Shown here piece by piece: positions 18,435 to 29,183 of a DNA stretch of 46,805 nucleotides. The stretch lies in NCBI GenBank assembly GCA_001770575.1, contig MERK01000083.1, positions 1 through 46,805 of the forward strand. The letters are read 5' to 3'. The DNA is from Betaproteobacteria bacterium RIFCSPLOWO2_12_FULL_64_23. GTDB lineage: Bacteria > Pseudomonadota > Gammaproteobacteria > Burkholderiales > SG8-39. The notes beneath the pieces were generated by a model, which did not search any database, was not told the DNA's origin, and saw nothing but the letters and a program-made list of their open reading frames with translations. The first letter of the stretch is position 1, and the number at the start of each line of letters is the position of its first letter. The position numbers were made by a program, and so were the translations under genes.

Positions 18435-19271
18435 CTATCTGGTGCCGCGCACCGGCAGGTGCGGCAATGCGAAACCCTGGTTGTAGGCGGCGCGGGTGAT
18501 CAGCACGAACTTGAACTGCCAACCTGTCGCAAGCGCGGCAACGCCGGCCAGCAGCACGGCGATGCGCGCGATATCCGGCGCGAACCAGCCGGCGAGCAAC
18601 AACGCCAGCGGCGCGATGGTGCCGAACTGGATCAGGAGTTTTCCCGCCCGCTCCAGCACCGCCAGCGCCGGACGCACCGCACTTTTCGTCACGCCACCGC
18701 GATACATCGACCAGGCGAGAGCGCGCGCAATCAGCGCCAGCGAGAAATACCCCAGAACGCCCCGGGCCGGCGCGTCGAACAGCGCGGCCAGCGCGACCAA
18801 CAAGCCGGCACCTTCGGCGAGCGCAGTGGTGAACACGAGCCAGATCAGCGCCGGGACGCGCCACGCCGGTATGCCTTTGGCCGCCTGCAGGATGCGGCCC
18901 TGGCAGTAGGCGAAGACCAGTGCGGCCAACGCGGCCGCCTGCGCCAGCGGCCGGCTGGCGAGCCACACCGCAGCCAGTCCCAAGGCGAACACCAGGCCCG
19001 CCGCAAACGATTCGCGCGTCATCCAGGAAGTGAACGGATTGAAACCGACGTTCAGCGCGCGCAGCGGCCGTCCGATCTCGAACCAGACCGAAACCAACCC
19101 GGCGCCGATCAGCGCCATCCCGAGCAGGAACTCCGCGCGCAGCGCGTTCCCGCCGAGGCCGGAGAAGGCCGCAATGGTCAGCAGCCCGGCGCCGGCGCCG
19201 CCGAAAATGAAATTAAGGGCAGCGCGGAAATCCCAGTTGCTCTGCTGCCAGGGCTTCGGTCCGTAGTTCAT
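18435..19271 (-). CDS. padD: Phenylacetyl-CoA:acceptor oxidoreductase membrane subunit (DmsC-like)
   Basis: 'PKPWQQSNWDFRAALNFIFGGAG' and 'EIGRPLRALNV..NPFTSWMTRE'; hydrophobic; follows padC. Confidence 0.85.
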   Translation of the reverse strand: MNYGPKPWQQSNWDFRAALNFIFGGAGAGLLTIAAFSGLGGNALRAEFLLGMALIGAGLVSVWFEIGRPLRALNVGFNPFTSWMTRESFAAGLVFALGLAAVWLASRPLAQAAALAALVFAYCQGRILQAAKGIPAWRVPALIWLVFTTALAEGAGLLVALAALFDAPARGVLGYFSLALIARALAWSMYRGGVTKSAVRPALAVLERAGKLLIQFGTIAPLALLLAGWFAPDIARIAVLLAGVAALATGWQFKFVLITRAAYNQGFALPHLPVRGTR

Positions 19272-19930
19272 GCCGCCGCCTCCTCCCCCTTCTTGTCCCA
19301 GATGTAGTAGAACCCGGGTCCCGTGCCCAGCTCCTCGTGCATGCGGAAAGTCTGATTCTCGGCAAGCAACTGCGACACGTTGCTGTGCGGATCCTCGATG
19401 TCGCCGAAACTCAGCGTCTGGGAGATGCAGGCGTTGACGCAGGCCGGCGTGGCTTCGGGATCGATCCCCGGCGTCAGGCCTTTTGCCATGCCGGCGTCGA
19501 TGCGATCGGCACAGAAGGTGCACTTGGTCGCCACCGCCAGCCGCTTCGGATCGAAGCCCTGCTTCTCGGCCGCCGTCGGCTTGCCGTAGGCGAAGCTCGC
19601 GCGGTCGGTCTTGTAGCGCGCCTGATAGGGGCAGGCGACTGCGCAATAGCTGCAGCCTATGCACAGGTCGTAATCGATGGTGACGATGCCGTCCGGCCTT
19701 TTTCTGGTGGCGGTGGACGGGCACACGTGCATGCACGGTGGCTCGTCGCAATGCATGCAGCCGACCGGAACGAAGGCGCGCTTCACCGCCGGGTACTCGC
19801 CCACTTCCATGTCGAGCACGCGCCGCCACTGCACATCCGGCGGAGTCGCGTTGGCCTGTTTGCACGAGGCGGTGCAAGTCTGGCAGCCGACGCAGCGGCG
19901 CAAATCCGCGACCATGGCCCAGCGGGTCAT
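19268..19930 (-). CDS. padC: Phenylacetyl-CoA:acceptor oxidoreductase Fe-S subunit (DmsB-like)
   Basis: Four Cys clusters (CVGCQTC, CMHC..PPC, CIGCSYC..ACP, CTFC...C). Confidence 0.88.
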   Translation of the reverse strand: MTRWAMVADLRRCVGCQTCTASCKQANATPPDVQWRRVLDMEVGEYPAVKRAFVPVGCMHCDEPPCMHVCPSTATRKRPDGIVTIDYDLCIGCSYCAVACPYQARYKTDRASFAYGKPTAAEKQGFDPKRLAVATKCTFCADRIDAGMAKGLTPGIDPEATPACVNACISQTLSFGDIEDPHSNVSQLLAENQTFRMHEELGTGPGFYYIWDKKGEEAAA

Positions 19931-22677
19931 GGTTTAGCTCCCGCGCGTTTCAGGCTCACGCGCACGATGTCCGCGCCCGAACCGGTGGCATCGGTCAGTT
20001 CCAGCGACATCGGCACCAGCGAGTTCATGCTGGGTACGCCGAAATCCCTGGCGAACGGCGTCGCCCAGTGATCGAACTGCCCCAGCAACAGCAGCGTGTC
20101 GGGGCGTATGCCCTGGCGCACCACCGCCCTGGCAGTGACGCTGTGCAAAGGCGTGGCGATCTCGACCATATCGCCATCTTCCACGCCCATTTCGGCGGCA
20201 ATGCCGGCATTCAGGATCACGCCGCGATGACCGGAAACATTGTCGGCCACTTCCTTGATCAACTGGATACCGACGTTGTTGCCCCAGGAATACTGCATGC
20301 TGCGCGAGGTCAGCAGCCAGAACGGAAAATCCTTGGTCGTGCCGCCCATCTTCACCAGGGATTTTTCCCATATGCCGGGGAAGTCCTTCCACACCGGCAG
20401 CGTCTGATACTCGGCGAGCTGCTCGTTCCACCACTGCATATCGTTCTCGTGCAGCCGGTTGCCGAGTTCCTTGCCGATGCGGTACAGGCGCTCCTGATAC
20501 GGCATTTCGAAACGCAGACCCTGGGCCACCATGGTGGGATACAGATACCAGTCAGCATGCGGAAACGGCTTGGTCGCGAGCCCATGCTCCTTCCACCAGT
20601 CCAGCCCATGCGCCTGTTTTCCGCCAGTCAACTCGGCGCTGGCCGCTTTGCACACGGCGTCCCAGATCCCGTCGCGGCCGTGGGCGCGCTTGGTATCCAG
20701 GGAAAAATCCCAGTCCGCGCCCTTCAGCGGCACCCCGGCCGAACCGTGGTTGATCGAAGCGTTATATTCCTCCAGCAGACCGGTGCGGCGCGCGAGTTCG
20801 GTGGCGATGTCGGTGAAATCGCGCGCCTCGCCCTGCGCCGCCACCACCGGCTGGCGCAAAGCGTAGCCCTCGTGCTCCCAGAACTGCTCGATGTACTTGG
20901 AGCCGCCGATGCGTATCAGCTGCAGGCTTTCGAGGTCGGTCGCGTCCGGCAGCAGGATGTCCGCCATGTGGTTGGTCTCGTCGCGCGTGTACGCCATCGC
21001 GACCACAAAGGGAAAGCGCGCCATGGTCGCCGATACGTTCTTGGTGTCCCAGAACGAAATCGCCGGATTGCTGCGGTAGACGAACCACAGCTCGGGCAGC
21101 GTCACCGTGGGCAAACCCTTGGGGGTTTCCTTGAGAAACATCCAGGAAAAATGCGTAGGCCCGAGTGCCTGGCTCCACGGCCCGTTGGCCGCAAGCGGCA
21201 CCATGCTTCTGTAGGCGTTGCGTATATTCGGCCGCGCGCTCCAGTGCTCGCGATCGGTAGGATTCATCGGATAGTGCATGAATCCGTCCGCTCCGGGCGT
21301 CACGCTCTCCAGCCGCTCCGCCAGCGGGCGGTTGAGCCGCACCGTAGTACCCAGCGTGCCGCCGGGAACTTCCAGGCCGCCGACCAGGGTGGCGAGCAGA
21401 GTGCGCGCCCATACGCACTCGAAGCCGCCCCAGCCGTTGTTCACCGTCTTGCCCAGGGCCACCGCCACCGGGCGGTAGGGCAGCGTCTTTCCTTCGATTT
21501 CTATGGTTGTCCCGACCTGCGCGTGATCGAGAAACTCGTTGGCTATGCGGCGCATGGTCGCTGCCGGCACGTCGCAGATGCCTGCAGCCCACTCGGGCGA
21601 GTACGGCTGCATGTGAGCGACCAGCTTGGCGAAAGAGGGACTGCCTTCCAGCCTGCCTTGCGCCAGCACTTCGGCATCGGCGCCGATTTCCAGCGCGTCG
21701 CAGCCAAAGCTGCCTTCCAGGGCGGGATCGCAGCCGGGCGTGTCGAAGCTCACCGCTGCGTTGCGCGTCAAATCCCATAGCAAGGGTTTGCGCGTGGTCG
21801 CATCGCGCAGGAAAAATCCGTTTGCGCCGACCAGATAGGGCGAGTTGCTGTGCTGCTTGAGAAACGCGATGTCCAGCCGCTCGCGCGCGGCTTCATGCAG
21901 CATTACATGGATCAGCGCGTAGAGGAAAGCGGGGTCGGTCTTGGGCCGGATCGGCACCCATTCGGCCGAGCAGGCGCCCGTCACCGACAAATGCGGCTCG
22001 ACTTGCACCCGTTTCATGCCGCGTTCGCGCGCATTGGCGTGGCGCCATACGCCGACCACTCCACCGGAGGCTTCGACGTTCGCGCCGCAGGAGATCACGT
22101 AATTGCACATCGGCGTGTCCGGGCAGACGGTGAACGCGCGGTGCCAGAATTCGCCGTACAGATGCTCGGAGTGGGTGCATTTCACGCCTTGTCCCGAGCC
22201 GAAACCCATGTCCACCGGGCCCCAGGCGGCAAGGAACGCGGGGAAAGTGCCCATGTAGGACTGCGGCGTGCCGCCGCCGCCGAAATTCGCGGCGACCTTG
22301 GGGTAGCCCGAGGCGTCGAGCAGACCCGCCTCCATGATCGACCGCAACTTGACCGCAATGGTGTCGAGCGCCTCGTCCCAGGAAATGGCGACGAAACCCG
22401 GATCCTCGTTTCTCCCCTTGTTCGGGTTGCTGCGCCGCATCGGCGTCAGCACCCGGTTCGGGTTATACGTCTTTTGCACCAGGCCGTAGGCCTTGACGCA
22501 CACCTTGCCGCCGCCCGGATGCACGTCGCAGGCGGCGAAGTTCGGTTCCACCTCGGTGGCAACGCCGTCGACGATTTTCACCGTAAGCAGATCCGGACCC
22601 GCCACGCACTGGTAACAGTAGGTCGCGCGCTTTCCGGACGACGCAAGCTTCGCGGCGACTTGCTCCGTTGTGTTCAT
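19927..22677 (-). CDS. padB: Phenylacetyl-CoA:acceptor oxidoreductase molybdopterin subunit
   Basis: DMSO-reductase family; 'YCYQCVAGPD', 'GVKCTHSEHLYGEFWHRAF' and 'GKTVNNGWGG' are PadB-like; no Tat signal; RBS AGGAG before ATG 22677. Confidence 0.88.
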   Translation of the reverse strand: MNTTEQVAAKLASSGKRATYCYQCVAGPDLLTVKIVDGVATEVEPNFAACDVHPGGGKVCVKAYGLVQKTYNPNRVLTPMRRSNPNKGRNEDPGFVAISWDEALDTIAVKLRSIMEAGLLDASGYPKVAANFGGGGTPQSYMGTFPAFLAAWGPVDMGFGSGQGVKCTHSEHLYGEFWHRAFTVCPDTPMCNYVISCGANVEASGGVVGVWRHANARERGMKRVQVEPHLSVTGACSAEWVPIRPKTDPAFLYALIHVMLHEAARERLDIAFLKQHSNSPYLVGANGFFLRDATTRKPLLWDLTRNAAVSFDTPGCDPALEGSFGCDALEIGADAEVLAQGRLEGSPSFAKLVAHMQPYSPEWAAGICDVPAATMRRIANEFLDHAQVGTTIEIEGKTLPYRPVAVALGKTVNNGWGGFECVWARTLLATLVGGLEVPGGTLGTTVRLNRPLAERLESVTPGADGFMHYPMNPTDREHWSARPNIRNAYRSMVPLAANGPWSQALGPTHFSWMFLKETPKGLPTVTLPELWFVYRSNPAISFWDTKNVSATMARFPFVVAMAYTRDETNHMADILLPDATDLESLQLIRIGGSKYIEQFWEHEGYALRQPVVAAQGEARDFTDIATELARRTGLLEEYNASINHGSAGVPLKGADWDFSLDTKRAHGRDGIWDAVCKAASAELTGGKQAHGLDWWKEHGLATKPFPHADWYLYPTMVAQGLRFEMPYQERLYRIGKELGNRLHENDMQWWNEQLAEYQTLPVWKDFPGIWEKSLVKMGGTTKDFPFWLLTSRSMQYSWGNNVGIQLIKEVADNVSGHRGVILNAGIAAEMGVEDGDMVEIATPLHSVTARAVVRQGIRPDTLLLLGQFDHWATPFARDFGVPSMNSLVPMSLELTDATGSGADIVRVSLKRAGAKP

Positions 22678-22833
22678 GACCCAATCTCCTGTAGCTGCCG
22701 GCGCGACGTCACCGCGCCGCCTGCCTGCGATGAAATCATAGACTCCGTCGCGCGCACAGTGCTTGCCAAATTCGTCCCTGCGTGGCGTGTCTTTGGCATA
22801 TAATTTCTCACAATCAAACATTTGAGGTGTTTT

Positions 22834-23313
22834 ATGCCAACAATTGCACTCGACCGCACGGACCGAAAAATCCTGGATATTTTGCAAAAGGAGGGCAGGC
22901 TGAGCAATCTCGAGCTCGCCGAGCGCGTTGCGCTTTCGCCCTCGCCCTGCCTGCGCCGCCTCAAGCGCCTGGAACAAACCGGCGTGATCCGCCAATACGT
23001 AGCGCTGGTCGATTCACTCAAGGTCGGACTCGGCCTGCTTGCCTATGTTTCAGTGAAACTGGAAAAGCGCGGCGAAGGCGCGGTGAAGGCGTTCGCGCGC
23101 GCGGTGCAGAACTGGCAGGAGGTGGTGGCCTGCTATTCCATGACCGGCGATCTCGACTATCTGTTGCGGGTACATGTGGAGGATCTGGAGCACTACTCGC
23201 GCTTTGTCATGAATTCGCTGCTCAAGCACCCCGGGATCACCGATGTGAAATCCAGTTTTGCGCTGGAGCGGGTGAAAGACACGACGGCGCTGCCGCTGGC
23301 GCACCTCGTCTAG
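22834..23313 (+). CDS. Lrp/AsnC family transcriptional regulator
   Basis: LDRTDRKIL...GRLSNLELAERVALSPSPCLRRLKRLE HTH and C-terminal 'MTGDLDYLL'; divergent from padB. Confidence 0.93.
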   Translation: MPTIALDRTDRKILDILQKEGRLSNLELAERVALSPSPCLRRLKRLEQTGVIRQYVALVDSLKVGLGLLAYVSVKLEKRGEGAVKAFARAVQNWQEVVACYSMTGDLDYLLRVHVEDLEHYSRFVMNSLLKHPGITDVKSSFALERVKDTTALPLAHLV

Positions 23314-24010
23314 AGTCCAAGGTAAGCCTCCTTGACCTGCTCGTCTTCGAGCAACTCGGCGCCGCTGCCGGAGAGCACCACGCGGCCGGTCTCGAGCACG
23401 TAGGCGCGGTCTGCAACGGCCAGGGCCGCGCGCGCGTTCTGATCCACGAGGAAAATCGTGGTCGAAGCCGCCTTGAGCGCGCGCACGCAGGCGAAAATCT
23501 CCTCCACCAGTTTGGGTGCGAGCCCCATGCTCGGCTCATCGAGCAACAGCAACCTCGGCAGCGCCATCAGCCCCCGCCCCATGGCGAGCATCTGCTGCTG
23601 GCCTCCCGACAGCGTTCCCGCCGGCTCGCGGCGCTTTTGCTTGAGCACCGGGAACATCGCGTACACCCGCTCTATTCCCTGTGCCGCTTCCGCCTTGCTG
23701 CGCAGGTAGGCGCCCAGACGCAGATTGTCCTCGACCGACAGCGGACCGAACACCTGCCGCCCCTCCGGCACCTGCACGATGCCCAGGCGCACGCGTTTGT
23801 CCGGGGCAGCGGCAGTAATGTCCGCGCCGTCGAAGCGTACCCGCCCCGCACTCACCGGCTGCACGCCCGAGAGCGCGCGCAGCAGCGTCGTCTTGCCCGC
23901 GCCGTTGGCGCCGACCAGCGCCACCAGTTCCCCCTCGCCCACGTGCAGGTCGATGCCCTTCAGCGCCGGGATGCGCCCGTAGTGGCTGCCCAGTCCCTCG
24001 ACCTCGAGCA

Positions 24011-24014
<4 letters not shown>
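23310..24014 (-). CDS. livF: Branched-chain/aromatic ABC transporter ATP-binding protein (LivF-like)
   Basis: GANGAGKT, VPEGRQVF, LSGGQQQM and LLLDEPSMGLAP. Confidence 0.9.
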
Positions 24015-24792
<778 letters not shown>

Positions 24793-24796
<4 letters not shown>

Positions 24797-25770
24797 GTGC
24801 CGCTCCCCTCGCCGGAGGAAGGCTGTTGCCGGCGCGACTGGAACAGCCGCGCCAGACTCGGCACCACGCCGCGCGGCATGAAAATCATGGTGCCCATCAT
24901 CACCGCGCCGAACAGCATCATTTCGTAGTCCTCGAACGCCGCCAGCAGCTGCGGCAAGGTGGTCAGCACGGCCGCCCCGACCACCGCGCCGAAGGTCGAG
25001 GCCATGCCGCCGAACACCACCATGGTCACCAGTTCGATCGAGTGCAGGAACGCAACCTTGCCCGGCGTGACGAAGCCGGAGTAATGCGCGGCCAGGCTGC
25101 CGGCGACGGAAGCGAACACGGCCGAGATCACGAACGCCATGACTTTGTGCTCGGCGGCGTTGATCCCGACCACCTCGGCGCCGACCTCGGAACTGTGCAG
25201 CGCGCGCAGCGCCCTTCCGGCCGGGGACTCGATCAGGTTGAGCGCGAGCCATACGGCGACAAGCAGCAGGGCGCCGACGACCCAGTACCAGATGCGCTCG
25301 CCCTGCAGCACGAAACCGCCGATGCTAAGCGGCACCACCGCGATCCCGTCCGGACCGCCGGTATATTTGTCCTCGGTGGTGATGACCATGAAAATGATGA
25401 CCCCCAGGCCGAGCGTGGCCATGGCGAGATAGTGGCCTTTCAGCCGCAGGATCGGCCGGCCGACTAGGTAGGCGAGCGCCGCCACGGCGAGCGTGGTGGT
25501 GAGCATCGCCGCGAGCGGCGGCCAGCCGTAGCGCGAGGCGAGAATGGCCGAACCGTAAGCGCCCAGGCCGAAGAAACCCGCGTGACCGAGGCTGATCTGC
25601 CCGGCATAACCGATGAGCAGGTTCAGGCCGACGCAGACGATGGCGTTCAAGCCCACCAGGACCGCGATGTCGTAGAAATACTTGTTGGTCAGGGCGAGCG
25701 GCAACAGCGCGATCACCACGGCGAGCGCCAGCAGCCCTCCGGTGCGCGGCGAGGCAAGACGCGCCAGCAT
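24793..25770 (-). CDS. livM: ABC transporter permease (LivM-like)
   Basis: GYAGQISLGHAGFFG, LKGHYLAMATL and TGGPDG. Confidence 0.9.
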
Positions 25771-25774
25771 GGGA

Positions 25775-26650
25775 CTAGACGCGTTCGCCGCCGCGCTTGC
25801 CGAACAATCCGCTCGGCATGAAAAACAGCACCGCAAGGATGATCACGAACGCGATCGCATCCTTGTAGGCCGAGGACAGGTACCCGGCGCTCATGGTCTC
25901 GGTGATGCCGAGCGCAATGCCGCCGACCACCGCGCCGACCCCGCTCCCCATGCCGCCGAGCATCGCGGCGGCGAAACCTTTCAAGCCCAGCATCACGCCG
26001 ACGTCGTAGGACGTGGTAGTGATCGGCGCGATCAGGATGCCTGCAACCGCGCCCAGCGCCGCCGACAGGCCGAACGACAGAAACAGCACCATGCGCACAT
26101 TGATGCCGGCCAGCTGCGCCGCGAGGCGGTTGTGGGAAGTGGCGAGCATCGCCTTCCCCAACAGGGTACGGCCGAAGAACCAAGACAGCGCAAGCACGAC
26201 TGCGAGCGTGACGCCGAGTACCCACAGGCTCTGCGGCAGAATGGTGGCGCCCGCTATCGTGATCGGCGCATCCCCGGTAAATGGCTTGAGCGCATGGAAG
26301 CGTTTGTCCCAGATGATGGTCGCCAGCCCGCGCAGGAAAATCGAAGCACCGATGGTGATGATGATCAGCGTGACCACCGAGGCGCCGCGCGCCGGCTCGA
26401 CCGCGAATTTCTCCAGCGCCAGGCCGACCAGCGCCGCCGCAGCGACCGCCAGCGGAATTGCCAGCAGATAGGGCAAGCCCACCGCGATGAGCGAGACCGT
26501 CGCCATGCCGCCGATCATCACGAATTCGCCCTGGGCGAAGTTGATGACGTTGCTGGCGTTGAAAATGATGGAGAAGCCGAGTGCAACCAGTGCGTAGATC
26601 GCGCCCACCGTAAGCCCGGTGAGCAGGTACTGCGTGAACTGCGCGCTCAT
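25775..26650 (-). CDS. livH: ABC transporter permease (LivH-like)
   Basis: GAIYALVALG, INFAQGEF and KGFAAAMLGG. Confidence 0.9.
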   Translation of the reverse strand: MSAQFTQYLLTGLTVGAIYALVALGFSIIFNASNVINFAQGEFVMIGGMATVSLIAVGLPYLLAIPLAVAAAALVGLALEKFAVEPARGASVVTLIIITIGASIFLRGLATIIWDKRFHALKPFTGDAPITIAGATILPQSLWVLGVTLAVVLALSWFFGRTLLGKAMLATSHNRLAAQLAGINVRMVLFLSFGLSAALGAVAGILIAPITTTSYDVGVMLGLKGFAAAMLGGMGSGVGAVVGGIALGITETMSAGYLSSAYKDAIAFVIILAVLFFMPSGLFGKRGGERV

Positions 26651-26686
26651 GTTGCCGCCGCCTCCCCCATCACCGCAAGGCGGTGC

Positions 26687-27856
26687 TTACTTGACCAGGG
26701 TCCAGTTGCCTCCCTTGACTTCGAGCATGCGAAACGCAGACAAGTCCAGGCCCATGTGATCGGTCGGCGACATGTTGAAAACGCCCGCCGTGCCCATGAA
26801 GCCGCGAATTCCCTCGATTGCGTCACGCACTTTGGCCTTGTCGGTGCTGCCCGCTTTCTTTATCGCTTCGACCGCAATCATCAAGCCGTCGTAGGCATGG
26901 CCGCCGAAAGTCGATACCTCGGACTTGAAGTGCGATTCGTATTCCTTGGTGTAGCCCACCACCACCGCGCGCTGCGGGTCGCTTTGCGGCAAGCTATCGG
27001 CAACCAGCAGGGCTGCGGCCGGCAGGCGCACGCCCTCGGCGGCCGCGCCGGCAAGCTTGATAAAGTCCTTGGATGCGACGCCGTGCGACTGGTACAACGG
27101 CACGGTGACGCCGATCTGGCGGTAGTTCTTGGTGACGATCGCCGGCCCCTGGCCGAATCCGGCGTTGAGCACTGCCTGCACGCCCGCGGTGTTCTTGATC
27201 TTGGTGAGCTGCGCCGTCATGTCGGTATCGCCGGCGCCGTAGGTTTCATCGGCGATCACGTCGATACCATATTTCTTCGCCACATCCAGGCATTGACCGC
27301 GCATCGACTTGTCGAAGCCGCCGGGGCCGGAGATAAGCGCCACCTTGGAAAACTTGCGCGACTGCATGTCGATGAAAATCTTTTCACAGGCCATGCGGTC
27401 GGTATGCGGCATCTTGAACACCCATTTCTTCACCGGCTCGATGATGACCACTGCGCCCGCGAGGGAGATGAACGGGATTTGCGCGGCTTCCACCAGAGGT
27501 ATAACGGCCATGGTCTCGCCGGTGGTCGAGCCGCCCACGATCACATCGACCTTGTCCTGCTCTATCAGACGCTTGGTAAAGGTACGCGCCTTTTCGGCGT
27601 CGCCGGCCGAATCGTAAGCAACCAGTTGCAGCTTTCTGCCGAGCACACCGCCCGCGGCGTTGATCTTCCCGACGTAGAGCTCGAGCGTTTTCTGCTCCGG
27701 ATCTCCTAGGAACGCCGCGCCTCCGGTGACCGACAGGAACGAGCCGATTTTGATCGGCTCCTGCGCCACCGCCGCGCCGGCGATCAAGGCGAAGGTTGCG
27801 GCAACCGCGGCCAGGCCGCGCTTGAAGTTGTTTCTCGATTGCATGGGTTTCATCAT
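26687..27856 (-). CDS. ABC transporter substrate-binding protein (Liv-type; possibly aromatic acid binding)
   Basis: Sec signal peptide, IKIGSFLSVTG and periplasmic binding protein type 1 features. Confidence 0.88.
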   Translation of the reverse strand: MMKPMQSRNNFKRGLAAVAATFALIAGAAVAQEPIKIGSFLSVTGGAAFLGDPEQKTLELYVGKINAAGGVLGRKLQLVAYDSAGDAEKARTFTKRLIEQDKVDVIVGGSTTGETMAVIPLVEAAQIPFISLAGAVVIIEPVKKWVFKMPHTDRMACEKIFIDMQSRKFSKVALISGPGGFDKSMRGQCLDVAKKYGIDVIADETYGAGDTDMTAQLTKIKNTAGVQAVLNAGFGQGPAIVTKNYRQIGVTVPLYQSHGVASKDFIKLAGAAAEGVRLPAAALLVADSLPQSDPQRAVVVGYTKEYESHFKSEVSTFGGHAYDGLMIAVEAIKKAGSTDKAKVRDAIEGIRGFMGTAGVFNMSPTDHMGLDLSAFRMLEVKGGNWTLVK

Positions 27857-27992
27857 AGCTCCTCAAGTGTGGTTGGATGCGCCACCGCTTACCCGCCCGG
27901 TTTTTCTTGGATGCAACACCTTTTGGCCCGGTCGCGCTGAGTTCGGCAGGCGCGGGTGCTTGCCGCAGTCTGCCTCGAAAGTGGATTATATG

Positions 27993-28031
27993 GTATTGTC
28001 GTACTCAAATGCGTTTTTTGATCCAGATCAG
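27993..28031 (+). promoter_or_regulatory. 20-bp operator (third copy) plus FNR-like box upstream of badL/badM-like genes
   Basis: GTATTGTCGTACTCAAATGC (27993-28012) overlaps the extended -10 TGGTATTGT; TTGATCCAGATCAG at 28018-28031. Confidence 0.6.
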
Positions 28032-28082
28032 CTTTCTCGGCGAAATCATGGCATCCGGCGCGGCTGCGGTAGTTGTAGCGGC

Positions 28083-28556
28083 ATGACCAAGGCCCAGGCG
28101 CAGGGCGCGGACATCCCTGAGTTGCGGGTGCGGTCGGTGGAAGCGGCCGACTTGGGACAGGTGATCGCCATCGATGCCGAGGTCACCGGCCTGGAAAAAA
28201 CCGACTATTGGTACGAATTGTTCCACCGTTACGGCGGTGGACGCACGCGACAGCGCTTGTTTCTGGTGGCCGAGTCCGGCGATGTCATCCAGGGTTTCAT
28301 CATCGGCGAAATACGCGACTGGGAGTTCGGCTCCGCGCCTTGCGGCTGGGTGTTCGGCCTGAGCGTGCGCGCCAGCAGCCGGCTTGCCGGCGTCGGCGCG
28401 CGCATGCTGGAAGCGGTCTGCGACGGCTTCCGCCGCGCCGGCGTAAACAAGGTGCGCACCCTGCTCGCCCGCGACAACAGCCTGGTGCTGTCGTTTTTCC
28501 GCAGCCAGGGCATGATGGCCGCGCCGTTCATACCCCTGGAAAAGGACCTGGACTGA
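28083..28556 (+). CDS. badL: GNAT acetyltransferase, BadL-like
   Basis: GNAT fold ('GFIIGEIRDWEFGSAPCGWVF', 'RLAGVG') directly upstream of an Rrf2 gene, as in R. palustris badL-badM. Confidence 0.7.
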   Translation: MTKAQAQGADIPELRVRSVEAADLGQVIAIDAEVTGLEKTDYWYELFHRYGGGRTRQRLFLVAESGDVIQGFIIGEIRDWEFGSAPCGWVFGLSVRASSRLAGVGARMLEAVCDGFRRAGVNKVRTLLARDNSLVLSFFRSQGMMAAPFIPLEKDLD

Positions 28557-28572
28557 TGGCCGGGACGATGCC

Positions 28573-29019
28573 ATGAAACTGCAAAAAGGCACCAGCCTCG
28601 CGCTCTACAGCGTGCTGGAATTCGCGGCCAATCCGGGGCAGCAACTGTCGGCGGCGGAAATCGCCGAGAAATACGGCGCCTCCACCCATCACCTGGCCAA
28701 GGTGCTGCGCGAACTGGGCCGCGCCGGGCTGGTCGAGTCGGCGCGCGGGGTAGGCGGCGGCTACCGTTTCAGCGGCAACGCCAAGCGCCTGACCCTGATG
28801 GACGTGATCGAACTGTTCGAGGACATCAGCACGCGCACCGGCGAGAGCGACGAATTCGATGCGTCGAGCGAGGTCGGCCGCGCGTTGGGCGCGGTGATGG
28901 CGGAAGTCGACGAAATCGCCAAGGCCACCTTCCGTTCGATCACCGTGGACACCATGCAGAAGCTGATCGAGCGCCAGCGCCGCGCCGTCACCGAGGCGCA
29001 AACAGCGCTCAAGGAGTAG
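28573..29019 (+). CDS. badM: Rrf2 family transcriptional regulator, BadM-like (no Cys)
   Basis: 'EIAEKYGASTHHLAKVLRELGRAGLVESARGVGGGYRF' Rrf2 wHTH; lacks Fe-S cysteines; lies in a benzoyl-CoA cluster. Confidence 0.75.
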   Translation: MKLQKGTSLALYSVLEFAANPGQQLSAAEIAEKYGASTHHLAKVLRELGRAGLVESARGVGGGYRFSGNAKRLTLMDVIELFEDISTRTGESDEFDASSEVGRALGAVMAEVDEIAKATFRSITVDTMQKLIERQRRAVTEAQTALKE

Positions 29020-29030
29020 TCTTCGCACTC

Positions 29031-29080
29031 GGGACCGAGGGTGGGGAAGACTGCCTTCCCGCACCGGTTCCCTTGTTTTG
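29031..29080 (+). terminator. Probable intrinsic terminator after badM
   Basis: GGGACCG..GTG GGGAAG / CTTCCC GCAC CGGTTCCC stem followed by TTGTTTTG. Confidence 0.5.
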
Positions 29081-29090
29081 TCGGGCACGT

Positions 29091-29104
29091 TTAATCTGGA
29101 TCAA
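29091..29104 (+). promoter_or_regulatory. FNR/CRP-family (AadR/AcpR-type) box upstream of iorA
   Basis: TTAAT-CTGG-ATCAA, one mismatch to TTGAT-N4-ATCAA. Confidence 0.55.
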
Positions 29105-29183
29105 GACAGCCAGCACCCGGTTTGAGGATGATCCGGGATCAAGTGGAGGAATGCGTTCGTTTTTTGTCAGGGAAGGGCAGCGC

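Noticed and set aside
22753-22770. sigma54 promoter upstream of padB (minus strand TTTGGCAAGCACTGTGCG, GG-N10-GC)
   Set aside because: The -12 element is imperfect (GTGC), there is no sigma54 activator in the window and the adjacent regulator is Lrp-type; too weak to call.
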